From the NCBI GenBank assembly GCA_965195345.1, contig OZ239628.1, forward strand, positions 1,760,001 through 1,824,000: 64,000 nt of DNA. Direction: 5' to 3'. A program made the position numbers and the translations under genes. The stretch comes from an uncultured Thiomicrospira sp. GTDB lineage: Bacteria > Pseudomonadota > Gammaproteobacteria > CAKMZV01. Below are positions 19,660 to 29,448 of this stretch, one piece after another. The first letter of the stretch is position 1. Each line of letters starts with the position of its first letter. The notes beneath the pieces are model-generated. The model worked only from the letters and a program-made list of their open reading frames with translations. It had not been told where the DNA came from and ran no database searches.

Positions 19660-20681
19660 GAATACTGCTCGTAAAAAACTCCATTATTCCTCCCATCACT
19701 TATGGTGGAACGCAACGAATTGTTGATTGGCTAGCTCATGACTTAATTAGTTTGGGGCATGAAGTTTTTGTTGCAGCTGATCCAGCGAGTTCTATTTTTC
19801 AAAACCCAAAAATCAAACATATACCATGCCCTCCTAATGGAGACTACAGTCAGGCAGTGCCTGACTACATTGACGTTGTCCATTTCCATGAAATTCCATC
19901 TGTACTACCGCGCACACCCTACATCTATACACATCACGGCAATCAAACAAAAAAAGAGCACCCGCCTGAAAATACTCTGTATTTAAGCAAATCACATTCT
20001 ACTAACCATGGTGCCAAATTTTTTGTTTATAACGGTATTCCTAACGATCAATATATCTTCAGTGCTAATAAACAAGATAAGATGCTCTTTATGGCTATGG
20101 TCAATTGGCGTGTGAAAAACGCTCTGCTCGCTTTGCGATTGGCACGAGAATCCAAAATGCACTTAAACTTAGGCGGTGGACACCTGCATAAAGCTTGGAA
20201 AATATGGGGTTGTTCACTAATGCAACATTATCTTTTGGGACAAAGGTGGGTAACTGAATTTGGTAGTGTGGGCGGTGAGATAAAAAAACGTTTGTTATCT
20301 GAGTCCTCTCTACTCTTTTATATTGTTAAGTGGTCAGAGCCGTGTGCCGTGGCTCCTCAGGAAGCTTTTGCATCAGGTACTCCCGTAATCGCAGCACCCA
20401 ATGGAGTATTGTCTGAGTATATCGAACACGGCATAAATGGCTATTTAGTTCATAATAAACAAGAGGCTTTGGAAGCCATCAAGAAGCACCGAGCGTTAAG
20501 CTCAGAAAAACGAGCAGAAATGGCTCACAATTGTCTCAAGTCTCTACACTCTGTACGCAAAATGACTGAAGGCTACCTGCATTACTACGATCATGTCATT
20601 CGCAATAAAAGAATCTATTCTGTCGAAGAACAGCCTTCTTTTTATTTTCGAAAACCTCAAATAACTTTGATTACAGGATAA
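19656..20681 (+). CDS. Glycosyltransferase family 4
   Basis: IPPITYGGTQR, VYNGI, WSEP..EAFASGTPVIA, GINGYLV. Confidence 0.85.
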   Translation: MRILLVKNSIIPPITYGGTQRIVDWLAHDLISLGHEVFVAADPASSIFQNPKIKHIPCPPNGDYSQAVPDYIDVVHFHEIPSVLPRTPYIYTHHGNQTKKEHPPENTLYLSKSHSTNHGAKFFVYNGIPNDQYIFSANKQDKMLFMAMVNWRVKNALLALRLARESKMHLNLGGGHLHKAWKIWGCSLMQHYLLGQRWVTEFGSVGGEIKKRLLSESSLLFYIVKWSEPCAVAPQEAFASGTPVIAAPNGVLSEYIEHGINGYLVHNKQEALEAIKKHRALSSEKRAEMAHNCLKSLHSVRKMTEGYLHYYDHVIRNKRIYSVEEQPSFYFRKPQITLITG

Positions 20682-20689
20682 CCATCATA

Positions 20690-21805
20690 ATGACTATTCC
20701 TTTTCTTGATTTAAAAGCACAGTACCAAAGTATTAAAGCAGAAATGGATGCTGCTGTATCAGAGGTAATATCTTCTGCAAGTTTTATAGGTGGTAAATAC
20801 GTAACAACTTTTGAGCAGGATTTTGCCCAATACATTGGAAAAGATTTAGAATGCGTGGGTGTTGCCAATGGGACCGATGCGCTCGAAGTTTCTATTGAAG
20901 CATTAGAATTACCTCAAGGCAGTGAGATTATTGTCCCCGCTAATAGCTTTATTGCAAGTTCAGAGGCAGTTACTCGCCAAGGGCATCGCGTGGTTTTTTG
21001 CGATGTAGATCCCAACACTTACCTAATAGATATTGCTAATATAGAAAAGTGCTTAACTCATAAAACAGCCGCAATCATTGCAGTGCATCTTTATGGACAG
21101 CCCTGTAATATGCCAGAAATCGTTCGTTTTGCCCAGCAAAAAGACCTAAAGGTAATAGAGGATGCAGCACAAGCGCATGGGGCGTCTTTTGAAAATCAAA
21201 ATGCTGGCTCAATGGGTGATATTTCCTGCTTTAGTTTTTACCCCGGTAAAAATTTAGGTGCTTATGGAGATGGTGGTGCAATATTGAGCAAAAATTCAGA
21301 GCTATTAAAACGCTGTAAAATGATTGCTAATCATGGGCGCGTTGAAAAATACAATCATGAATTCGAAGGAAGGAACTCTCGTTTAGATGCTCTACAAGCA
21401 GCTGTTCTCAGCGTTAAATTACGCCATTTACCCGATTGGATTGCTATAAGAAGGCAACGCGCGAGTGAATATTTAAACCTACTGCGCCCTTTAGAAGAGC
21501 AGGGATACATCACGCTCCCATATATCACACCTAATGCAAATTCAGCGTGGCACTTATTCGTCATTCGGACAGAAAAAAGAGACGATTTGCGTCAGTTTTT
21601 GTCAGAAAAAGAAATCCAAACAGGCATTCACTACCCCATTGCATTACCAAAACTTGCAGCCTATTCCTATCTTAACCAAGCACATGAACAAGGCTTCGCA
21701 TGGCAAAAAGATGAACACTTACTATCTCTCCCAATAGGAGAGCACTTAAGCTCTGAAGATATCCTAACCGTTTGCCAAGCAGTCAATCAATTCTTTAGTA
21801 CCTAA
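20690..21805 (+). CDS. DegT/DnrJ/EryC1/StrS aminotransferase (WbpE/WlbC-like)
   Basis: IPFLDLKAQY, EDAAQAHGA, SFYPGKNLGAYGDGG (PLP lysine), NSRLDALQAA. Confidence 0.92.
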   Translation: MTIPFLDLKAQYQSIKAEMDAAVSEVISSASFIGGKYVTTFEQDFAQYIGKDLECVGVANGTDALEVSIEALELPQGSEIIVPANSFIASSEAVTRQGHRVVFCDVDPNTYLIDIANIEKCLTHKTAAIIAVHLYGQPCNMPEIVRFAQQKDLKVIEDAAQAHGASFENQNAGSMGDISCFSFYPGKNLGAYGDGGAILSKNSELLKRCKMIANHGRVEKYNHEFEGRNSRLDALQAAVLSVKLRHLPDWIAIRRQRASEYLNLLRPLEEQGYITLPYITPNANSAWHLFVIRTEKRDDLRQFLSEKEIQTGIHYPIALPKLAAYSYLNQAHEQGFAWQKDEHLLSLPIGEHLSSEDILTVCQAVNQFFST

Positions 21806-21806
21806 G

Positions 21807-23186
21807 TCATACCCCAATAATAGTCTTATAAACCGATCTCTCTGCTAAGCCGTAAAAAGTAGAATTGTGCCAAAGCAACGTGAAATTTCCTTGGAATTTC
21901 TTGCAAATTTCTTTTAAATTCAGTACTCTATTAATAGTATCTTCAGCAGCAGGCAAATTCATATATTTGAGGTCAAAAAGACTTGTTTCCATAACAATAA
22001 GGGGTCTTTGAATCAAGGACAATGTTTGTCTTTTTTTGATGTCGTACATTCTAAATTCTCTACACGTTCCACAACGAAAACCTATATGATCGGCGTATCC
22101 TAAAGAAGTGTCGTATTCAAAGCCCGCGTCTGTCAAATAACGCGCTGAAGTATCCGTTTTCCATCGCAAGTAATGAAATCGATGACCGATAACTTGCTGT
22201 TCAATTTGTTTCGATTGCAATACGTTTTGTAATTGCTCCTTTTCTCTCAAAAGTTGTTCAGATGACACATTGCTGTTGTAGCTTCCATGCAATCCTATCT
22301 CATGTCCTCGTCTTGCTATGTCATGTAAATGACGAACGACTACAGGCTCATCTATTTCATAGCACCCATCCAAAGTTGGGTGAGTGTGCTCTGCAATAAA
22401 ATAAAAAGCCAAAGAAGTATTAGCTTGTTCATTGCAATCCATCATCCAATCAAATGTATCCAATGTATCTTTGTGATTTGGATTAAAGCGTGCACTCAAA
22501 TAATTTTTTACAGACTGATAGCACAGCGCTGGCTCTCGCCGAATCAATGCATCAGCGGCAATCTGCTTACCTAACTTGTAAATATTTTTGCTTCCACAAG
22601 CATACGGAGCATCAACATCACACGAAACAAACTGTTTAAAGCTATCTTGCTCAGTAGTTATCATAAATAATCGTTGAATACAGCTAGCCACAATTGTCAC
22701 GTACTCATCAATAAGGGGTCTTTCTAAATAGTTGTTTTGTAACGCATGTGATGCACTAGCGCTAAAGCGCCCATGCTTATCTAATTTAGGCTGACACAAT
22801 TCTTCATAACGCGTTAACATGAAAAAAACACTTCCTATCAAATCAAATGGAAGGTTGATTAATTGCTCATTTTCCTCATAAAGCGTACTATCCCCCCATA
22901 ACAAAGGAAGGTTTTTATCCAAACTGCAATTAGTGAAAATCGCAGGCAATAACCAATTAGAAGGTCTTGTGGGAATGGTTTTCTGTTGCAGCCAATCTTG
23001 CTGTGCAGTTTGAAAAAATAAATCTGGGAAAGTTATTTTTTTATCATTGAATTTTAATGACACCTGTGCTTGAAGCGCATCAACTAAGACAATGTGATAG
23101 TCTACTTTCAACCACTGTTCAAAAACAACCTGTAAAGCATATTGCTTTTCTTCTTGCCAATTTTGAGAAATTTCAATAGTTAACAT
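21807..23186 (-). CDS. Polysaccharide deacetylase family protein
   Basis: DKHGRF..RPLIDE, SCDVD, HEIGLHGSY, RFHYLR, YDTSLGY, GFRCGTC, LLWHN. Confidence 0.82.
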   Translation of the reverse strand: MLTIEISQNWQEEKQYALQVVFEQWLKVDYHIVLVDALQAQVSLKFNDKKITFPDLFFQTAQQDWLQQKTIPTRPSNWLLPAIFTNCSLDKNLPLLWGDSTLYEENEQLINLPFDLIGSVFFMLTRYEELCQPKLDKHGRFSASASHALQNNYLERPLIDEYVTIVASCIQRLFMITTEQDSFKQFVSCDVDAPYACGSKNIYKLGKQIAADALIRREPALCYQSVKNYLSARFNPNHKDTLDTFDWMMDCNEQANTSLAFYFIAEHTHPTLDGCYEIDEPVVVRHLHDIARRGHEIGLHGSYNSNVSSEQLLREKEQLQNVLQSKQIEQQVIGHRFHYLRWKTDTSARYLTDAGFEYDTSLGYADHIGFRCGTCREFRMYDIKKRQTLSLIQRPLIVMETSLFDLKYMNLPAAEDTINRVLNLKEICKKFQGNFTLLWHNSTFYGLAERSVYKTIIGV

Positions 23187-23427
23187 AGAATATTATACAT
23201 AACGAACACCGCACAAAAATATTTCCTCTATTTGAAATTTTACAATGAATGAGGCTTGCCTAAATAAGCATTCTCTGTCGGATTATTAAATAAATTCATT
23301 TCCAACACATCCAAATAGAATAAAACTTTGGTCACCTCCTTCAACTTTCGTGAATTTCAAAGCTGAATTTTAATTATTTCATTAAAAACAAGTCACACAA
23401 TTTTTCTGCGCTCAGTAGCAAGGGTTT

Positions 23428-23706
23428 TCATTCTAATTTTGAAGAAGCCCTATTTCGTCGTGCTTCTTTTGGATCAATGATAAGTGCTCTATAAATTTCC
23501 ACACGATCCCCTGGGTTCAAAATGTTATCAGGAGGAACACGCTTGCCAAAAACCCCTATTTCCTGCCAATTGATCACCATTTTCGGGAATAGTTTTGGTA
23601 ATACTTCAATCTGTTCAACTGCCTGCTGGGCGGTCGTGCCCTCTTGTAGTTCAAGCGTCTCGATGTACTGTAAATGTGGTTCAGCGTACGCTACTTCAAT
23701 TTTCAT
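23428..23706 (-). CDS. rnfH: RnfH/RatB ubiquitin-like protein
   Basis: IEVAYA, GVFGK, GDRVEIYRALIIDPKEARR; start placed at ATG 23706. Confidence 0.9.
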   Translation of the reverse strand: MKIEVAYAEPHLQYIETLELQEGTTAQQAVEQIEVLPKLFPKMVINWQEIGVFGKRVPPDNILNPGDRVEIYRALIIDPKEARRNRASSKLE

Positions 23707-24124
23707 ACTTCTGCGCCCGTTGAATAAAAGATCGTACCATAGAATCAGCAACCTCAGTCATTAATGGAATCCCTGTAATTGCTAAAATTCGACTTTTAAA
23801 TTGAAATTTTAATTTGAAAGCAATCCTACAACCGCTTTTTTCACTGGTAAATGACCACACCCCTGTCAAATATTCAAATGGCCCTTTAATTAACTGCATG
23901 TGCATAGAATGCGGAGGATTTAGCGTGTTTTTTGTGACCAAATCGTACGACAACATTCCTTTCCCAAGCGTCATCTGAGCCGTTTTTTCCAATTCAGAAT
24001 TTTCAATTATCTTAGTATTTTTACATCCTTTTAAAAACAGAGGATACTCTTCCACAGCATTTACGACGTTAAAGACGGTTAAACAATCTTTATTCACCCA
24101 ACCAGATCGATCTATTTGGGACAT
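23696..24124 (-). CDS. ratA: RatA/YfjG (COQ10/START-fold) protein
   Basis: VNAVEEYPLFL, GPFEYLTGVW, FIQRA; adjacent to rnfH. Confidence 0.88.
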   Translation of the reverse strand: MSQIDRSGWVNKDCLTVFNVVNAVEEYPLFLKGCKNTKIIENSELEKTAQMTLGKGMLSYDLVTKNTLNPPHSMHMQLIKGPFEYLTGVWSFTSEKSGCRIAFKLKFQFKSRILAITGIPLMTEVADSMVRSFIQRAQKYEN

Positions 24125-24780
24125 GTTATCCCTAATTTTTCGGCATGCTTTAGAATAGTTAGCACCACATCATCCAAAGACATATCGTCATTACAAATAT
24201 TAACGGCATCTTGCGCTGGGGTAAGGGGTGAATTAGAGCGACTCATATCTTGTTCATCGCGACTTCTAATTGCGTCTACAATCGCTTTCTTATCGAAAAG
24301 CTGTCTCATTTCCTCCATCTGTTTAATCCGTCGACTCGCTCTTTCCTCAACACTTGCGATCAAAAATATTTTCAATATTGCTTGAGGAAACACTACCGTC
24401 CCCATATCTCGACCGTCTGCAACCAAATTTTTTTTTCCACCGAAAATGCGTTGATACTGTAATAGTGCTTGCCTGACTGGCAATAAATTAGCAATCTTTG
24501 AGGCAATCGCAGCAACTTCTTCATTTCGAATAATATCGCTAACGTCTTCATCTTGTAAATAGACGCTTTGTCCGTCAAAACGAATTGGAAAATTTTCCAC
24601 CATGGAGGCTAACGATTCAGCACTAAAATTGAGAGCGCCTTCACGCTGGGCATAAAGTCCAAAAGTACGATAAATTGATCCACTATCAAGAAGAGACCAG
24701 CCCAGTTTTTTTGCTAAGGCAAGGGCCGTACTTCCTTTACCTACTCCACTCGGACCATCAATAGTAATCACTTGTCTCAT
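24112..24780 (-). CDS. cmk: Cytidylate kinase
   Basis: IDGPSGVGKG, LDSGSIYR, DGRDMGTVVFP. Confidence 0.95.
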   Translation of the reverse strand: MRQVITIDGPSGVGKGSTALALAKKLGWSLLDSGSIYRTFGLYAQREGALNFSAESLASMVENFPIRFDGQSVYLQDEDVSDIIRNEEVAAIASKIANLLPVRQALLQYQRIFGGKKNLVADGRDMGTVVFPQAILKIFLIASVEERASRRIKQMEEMRQLFDKKAIVDAIRSRDEQDMSRSNSPLTPAQDAVNICNDDMSLDDVVLTILKHAEKLGITCPK

Positions 24781-26075
24781 GATACTCTAATATCCAATCC
24801 TAATTCCATTGCTTGTTTTTCAAAACTTGGAAAGGATGAAGCGATCGTTTCACAACCTTCAACTAAAATATTTTCTTTACAAGCTAACGAAGCAATTGCG
24901 CACGCCATCCCTATCCGATGATCATGACACGCATCGATAGTAACACCTCCTTGTAAAGGTCGACCCTCTATAATCATCCCATCTGGTGTTGGTTGAGCAT
25001 TCCCACCCATTCTATTTATAGCATCCGCCATGACAGCAATACGATCAGATTCTTTAACCCGCAGCTCTGCTGCGCCACGGACAATGGTTCTCCCTTGAGC
25101 ACAGGCAGCCGCAATAAATAGTACTGGAAATTCATCAATTGCTGAAGCAACCCACTTAAGGTCGACTTCAATACCCTTTAACTGAGCGTACCTCACACGA
25201 ATATCGGCAACCGGCTCTTCTCCAAACTGACGTTGATTGAAAAGATTGATATCTGCTCCCATTGCTTTTAGAATATGGATTATGCCCATTCGCGTTGGAT
25301 TAACACCAACATTTTTCAGCACAACTTCTGATTGTGGAGCAATCGATGCACCGACCATGAAAAACGCAGCAGAAGATATGTCTGCTGGAACATGAATATC
25401 ACACCCTTGCAATTTTTGATTTCCTTCGATAGAAATCTTCTCTTCTTCTCTATAAACTGTAACACCAAATGCGCGTAACATCCGTTCGGTATGGTCACGA
25501 CTCAATGTTGGTTCAACAACCAATGTTTTTCCCTGAGCATAAAGTCCCGCCAGCAAAATAGCCGATTTAATTTGCGCACTAGAAACGGGTGAATGGTATT
25601 CAATGCCTTTTGATTTTTGATTGCTTTTAATAATAATCGGCGGCTTTCCATCACTGGTTTCAATGTCTGCTCCCATCAATGACAAGGGTCTTGCAATACG
25701 CATCATTGGACGCTTTGAAAGCGACACATCCCCAACCAACGTCGTTGAGAAGCCTTGAGCACTTAAAACGCCCATCATCAATCGCATCGAAGTACCCGAA
25801 TTGCCAAAATAAAGGGGATACTCTGTTGCTTGTAATCCATGCAACCCAACTCCTTGAATGCGAACGCAAGTGCTTTCGGAAGTATCAATTGAAACCCCCA
25901 TATTGCGCATCACTTCAATCGTCGCTAACACATCATCACCTAACAGTAAATCATAGATGCTACTAGCCCCTTCTGCAAGCGATGCCAGCATAACCGCTCT
26001 GTGTGAAATTGACTTATCACCAGGCACAATACAACTGCCATTTATTCTTTGCCCTGCTTGAATGTCAAATCGCAT
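24777..26075 (-). CDS. aroA: 3-phosphoshikimate 1-carboxyvinyltransferase
   Basis: PGDKSISHRA, GNSGTSMR, SAQIKSA, RDHTERML, ELRVKESDRI, DHRIGM. Confidence 0.96.
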   Translation of the reverse strand: MRFDIQAGQRINGSCIVPGDKSISHRAVMLASLAEGASSIYDLLLGDDVLATIEVMRNMGVSIDTSESTCVRIQGVGLHGLQATEYPLYFGNSGTSMRLMMGVLSAQGFSTTLVGDVSLSKRPMMRIARPLSLMGADIETSDGKPPIIIKSNQKSKGIEYHSPVSSAQIKSAILLAGLYAQGKTLVVEPTLSRDHTERMLRAFGVTVYREEEKISIEGNQKLQGCDIHVPADISSAAFFMVGASIAPQSEVVLKNVGVNPTRMGIIHILKAMGADINLFNQRQFGEEPVADIRVRYAQLKGIEVDLKWVASAIDEFPVLFIAAACAQGRTIVRGAAELRVKESDRIAVMADAINRMGGNAQPTPDGMIIEGRPLQGGVTIDACHDHRIGMACAIASLACKENILVEGCETIASSFPSFEKQAMELGLDIRVS

Positions 26076-26076
26076 A

Positions 26077-26388
26077 TTAATTGCTCCTACCGAAACATTT
26101 TAAATACAGTGAATAAATAAATCCAGGAAAAGAAAAAATAACAAAAAGCAAAAAATTAGACCAATAGAACTCCCACCCTTGACTGTGGAATTTGCCGGTA
26201 TAGTAACGCTCTAGTCCTCCAAAAATCAGAGCGGAAATAAGCAAATAAACCGTCCATTGCAATAATATCCAAAAAAATCGATTGTTCACTGGAAGTAAAA
26301 AATTAGAAAAGAATACTCGTTGACTAATCCAAGGAAGATTAGCCAATATAACGCAAATAATTAAACCAAAAACAATTCCTGATTGCAT
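26077..26388 (-). CDS. DUF2818 family membrane protein
   Basis: ANLPW, QGWEFY, FPGFIY; position after nuoN. Confidence 0.8.
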   Translation of the reverse strand: MQSGIVFGLIICVILANLPWISQRVFFSNFLLPVNNRFFWILLQWTVYLLISALIFGGLERYYTGKFHSQGWEFYWSNFLLFVIFSFPGFIYSLYLKCFGRSN

Positions 26389-26412
26389 ACTATCTCACTG
26401 AGGAGGAACAAA

Positions 26413-26446
26413 AGTGCGTGCGTTTATCGAATGCGCAACGCGCACT
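26413..26446. repeat. GC-rich imperfect hairpin between nuoN and DUF2818 (terminator or REP-like)
   Basis: AGTGCG..GCGTT / AACGCGCACT inverted arms in an AT-rich spacer. Confidence 0.3.
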
Positions 26447-26508
26447 CACAAGGATCAATATATTCATAATACTTAGTATTTTACGCAAAAATCTAAAAAA
26501 CCAAGAAG

Positions 26509-27930
26509 CTAAAATGCACTAACACACAATGCTATCAATGAATCGGGCGCAATCCCTAATGCGATTAACGCAATTGCATTGACACCTAATACCGTTTTAA
26601 AAGCGATAGAGGAATTCGGAATGGGATGCTTGGTTTGCGGCTCATCAAAATACACCAACTTAACCACACGCAAATAGTAGAAAGCACCTACAACAGACAT
26701 TACTACTCCTAACAATGCTAACCATGTTATATCTGCATGTACGGCTGAACGAAGCACTGATAATTTAGCATAAAAACCCACAGTAGGGGGAATTCCTGCC
26801 ATAGAAAACATAGTAATCAATAACACGAGAGCAACAAATGGCGAACGTTTTGCTAAGCCCTTTAAATCCTCTAATTTATCCGATTCATTGTCCTTTGTAC
26901 TTAAAAACAATATGACTCCAAATCCCGCAGCACTAGTCAATGCATAAACGATAACATAATACATAGCGTTTGCATAGCCAGCTATTTCTCCTGAAGCGAT
27001 GCCCATAAGGACAAAGCCCATATGAGAAATAGCAGAGTATGCAAGCATCCTTTTGAGGTTTGTTTGAGCAATAGCAACAACATTACCAACAATAAGGGAT
27101 AGTGCTGAAAGAATCACAATCATCACCTTTAATTCTTCGAGCACTGGCGCTAAGGCATCCACCCATAGACGAATGAGCATTGCAAAGGCTGCTAATTTTG
27201 AGGCGGTAGCAAGAAATATAGTTAACGCCGTTGGCGATCCGTGATATACATCTGGCATCCACATGTGGAATGGAACAACGCCCAATTTAAAAGCAACACC
27301 GACCACGAGAAAAACCAGTCCAAAATTAAAAATCAAACTATGTTCGGATGTATTACGTACTACTTGCGCGATTTCATAAATGCCAAGATTTCCAGTAACC
27401 CCATAAATCATAGACATTCCATAAAGCAAAATACCGGAGGCTAGTGAACCTAATACAAAATATTTCATCGCAGCTTCAGTAGCAAGCAAGTCATCCCTGC
27501 GCCAGGCTATCAGTGCATAGATAGACAAAGACATCGTTTCTAATCCCATGTATACGGTCAATAAGCTGCCTGCAGAGACTAGAACTTGAATGCCAAAAAC
27601 AGCAAACAGCACCATGACATAAAATTCTCCTCTTAGCATTTCCCGTTCCTTTAAGTATCGACGGGAATAGCCAATTGACAGCATCGTTGTTAGATAAATA
27701 AATATCTTAAGAATATCGCCAAGCGTGTCTCGTACAAATGCGCCTTCAAACAGTATTACTCGATCCTGACCTATTTGTTGTACAGTAAGAATCAATACAA
27801 AGCCTAGCGTAATTTGAGTGATAAAGTAATCAGCTTGCGGTGCTTTTTTCCCAATAAAAACTTCCACCATAAGCACGGTAAGTCCCATCACTAGGACGAT
27901 TATTTCGGGGATAAGAAATTCGAACATCAT
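26509..27930 (-). CDS. nuoN: NADH-quinone oxidoreductase subunit N
   Basis: EAAMKYFVLG, FKLGVVPFHMWMPDVY, KRMLAYSAISH; start placed at ATG 27930. Confidence 0.95.
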   Translation of the reverse strand: MMFEFLIPEIIVLVMGLTVLMVEVFIGKKAPQADYFITQITLGFVLILTVQQIGQDRVILFEGAFVRDTLGDILKIFIYLTTMLSIGYSRRYLKEREMLRGEFYVMVLFAVFGIQVLVSAGSLLTVYMGLETMSLSIYALIAWRRDDLLATEAAMKYFVLGSLASGILLYGMSMIYGVTGNLGIYEIAQVVRNTSEHSLIFNFGLVFLVVGVAFKLGVVPFHMWMPDVYHGSPTALTIFLATASKLAAFAMLIRLWVDALAPVLEELKVMIVILSALSLIVGNVVAIAQTNLKRMLAYSAISHMGFVLMGIASGEIAGYANAMYYVIVYALTSAAGFGVILFLSTKDNESDKLEDLKGLAKRSPFVALVLLITMFSMAGIPPTVGFYAKLSVLRSAVHADITWLALLGVVMSVVGAFYYLRVVKLVYFDEPQTKHPIPNSSIAFKTVLGVNAIALIALGIAPDSLIALCVSAF

Positions 27931-27931
27931 T

Positions 27932-29440
27932 TTATAGCTTAGAAGTGAATGCTTGCAGCAACAGGTTTTCAATAGAGGCGTGCATAACGGTAACTAAAGG
28001 ATCCGGCCAAAGACCAAGAACGAGTACAGCACTAGCAAGTACGCTCATAATCAAAATCTCTCGTTTGTTTAAATCCTCTAATTTAGCAACTTTTTCATTT
28101 GCAACAGGGCCATACATTACGCGCTTAATCATCCATAGCGTGTACGCGGCACCAATAATAAGAGTAATTGCCGCAAAAAAGCCATAATAAAAATTCCCTT
28201 GAAAAGCTGAAAGGATAACCATAAACTCACCAACGAAACCCGAAGTCCCTGGTAAACCAGCATTGGCAAGCGCAAAAAACACAAAAAACAAACCAAATAT
28301 TGGCATGACATTTATAACTCCTCCATACGCCGATATTTCACGCGAATGCATGCGGTCATAAAGTACGCCTATTCCGAGAAACATCGCAGCAGAAATAAAC
28401 CCATGTGAAATCATCTGTATCATTGCGCCTTCCATCCCAAGCATAGACGCCTCACTTGAACCACCTCCAGCTTGGATATCCCACATCAAAAAAAGACCAA
28501 GTGTGACGAATCCCATGTGTGAGATTGAAGAGTACGCCACCAATTTTTTCATGTCATTTTGCACCAGCGCAATGAAACCGATATATACAATTGCTATCAA
28601 AGAAAGTACTATCATTAAGCCATCATACGTCGCTGAAGCATCGGGAACAATTGGCAAGCTAAAACGGACAAAGCCATACCCACCCATTTTCAGCAACACT
28701 GCAGCAAGAATAACCGATCCCGCAGTAGGTGCTTCAACATGTGCATCAGGCAACCACGTGTGTACTGGAACCATAGGAATCTTGACTGCAAAAGCCAGTA
28801 GAAATGCAAAGAAAATCCATGATTGCTCAGTCATTGATAAAGGCAGTGAATGAAAATCTGTAATTAAAAAACTATCTGTTTGGAAATGCATATATATAAA
28901 CGCAACCAACATAAATACAGAACCAAAAAACGTATATAGGAAAAATTTAACCGTCGCATAGACTCGTTTAGGTCCACCCCAAATGCCGATGATTAAAAAC
29001 ATTGGAATAAGCAACGCTTCCCAAAAAACATAAAAGAGCATTGAATCGACTGCAGAAAAAACCCCAATCATAATTCCTTCCAACATAAGGAATGCTGCCA
29101 TATACTGTGCGGCTCTATCCTTTATCACATCCCAAGCAGAAGCAATGCTTATAAAACTAGAAAAAGTCGCTAAAATAATCAACGGCATTGACAGTCCATC
29201 AATCCCTAAATAGTACTCGATTCTAAAACTTTCTATCCACGGCAATCTTTCAACAAATTGTAAAGAGGCAGTGCTTACATCAAAGTCAATATACAACAGG
29301 ATTGACAAACAAAATACAATAAAACTTACAATGAGCGCAAGTTTTTTAACCGCATTTACGTGCTTTTCTCCCAGCAAAAGGCACACGAATCCTGCCACAA
29401 CAGGCGACCAAATCAATAATGAAAGTAAAGGTATTTCCAC
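27932..29440 (-). CDS. nuoM: NADH-quinone oxidoreductase subunit M
   Basis: HTWLPDAHVEAPTAGS, LLKMGGYG, KKLVAYSSISHMG; likely GTG start at 29440. Confidence 0.95.
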   Translation of the reverse strand: MEIPLLSLLIWSPVVAGFVCLLLGEKHVNAVKKLALIVSFIVFCLSILLYIDFDVSTASLQFVERLPWIESFRIEYYLGIDGLSMPLIILATFSSFISIASAWDVIKDRAAQYMAAFLMLEGIMIGVFSAVDSMLFYVFWEALLIPMFLIIGIWGGPKRVYATVKFFLYTFFGSVFMLVAFIYMHFQTDSFLITDFHSLPLSMTEQSWIFFAFLLAFAVKIPMVPVHTWLPDAHVEAPTAGSVILAAVLLKMGGYGFVRFSLPIVPDASATYDGLMIVLSLIAIVYIGFIALVQNDMKKLVAYSSISHMGFVTLGLFLMWDIQAGGGSSEASMLGMEGAMIQMISHGFISAAMFLGIGVLYDRMHSREISAYGGVINVMPIFGLFFVFFALANAGLPGTSGFVGEFMVILSAFQGNFYYGFFAAITLIIGAAYTLWMIKRVMYGPVANEKVAKLEDLNKREILIMSVLASAVLVLGLWPDPLVTVMHASIENLLLQAFTSKL

Positions 29441-29448
29441 AAATTCTC

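Noticed and set aside
23428-24124. ratA-ratB as a toxin-antitoxin or defence module
   Set aside because: Widespread core pair; RatA is a COQ10-like respiratory protein and there is no mobile context
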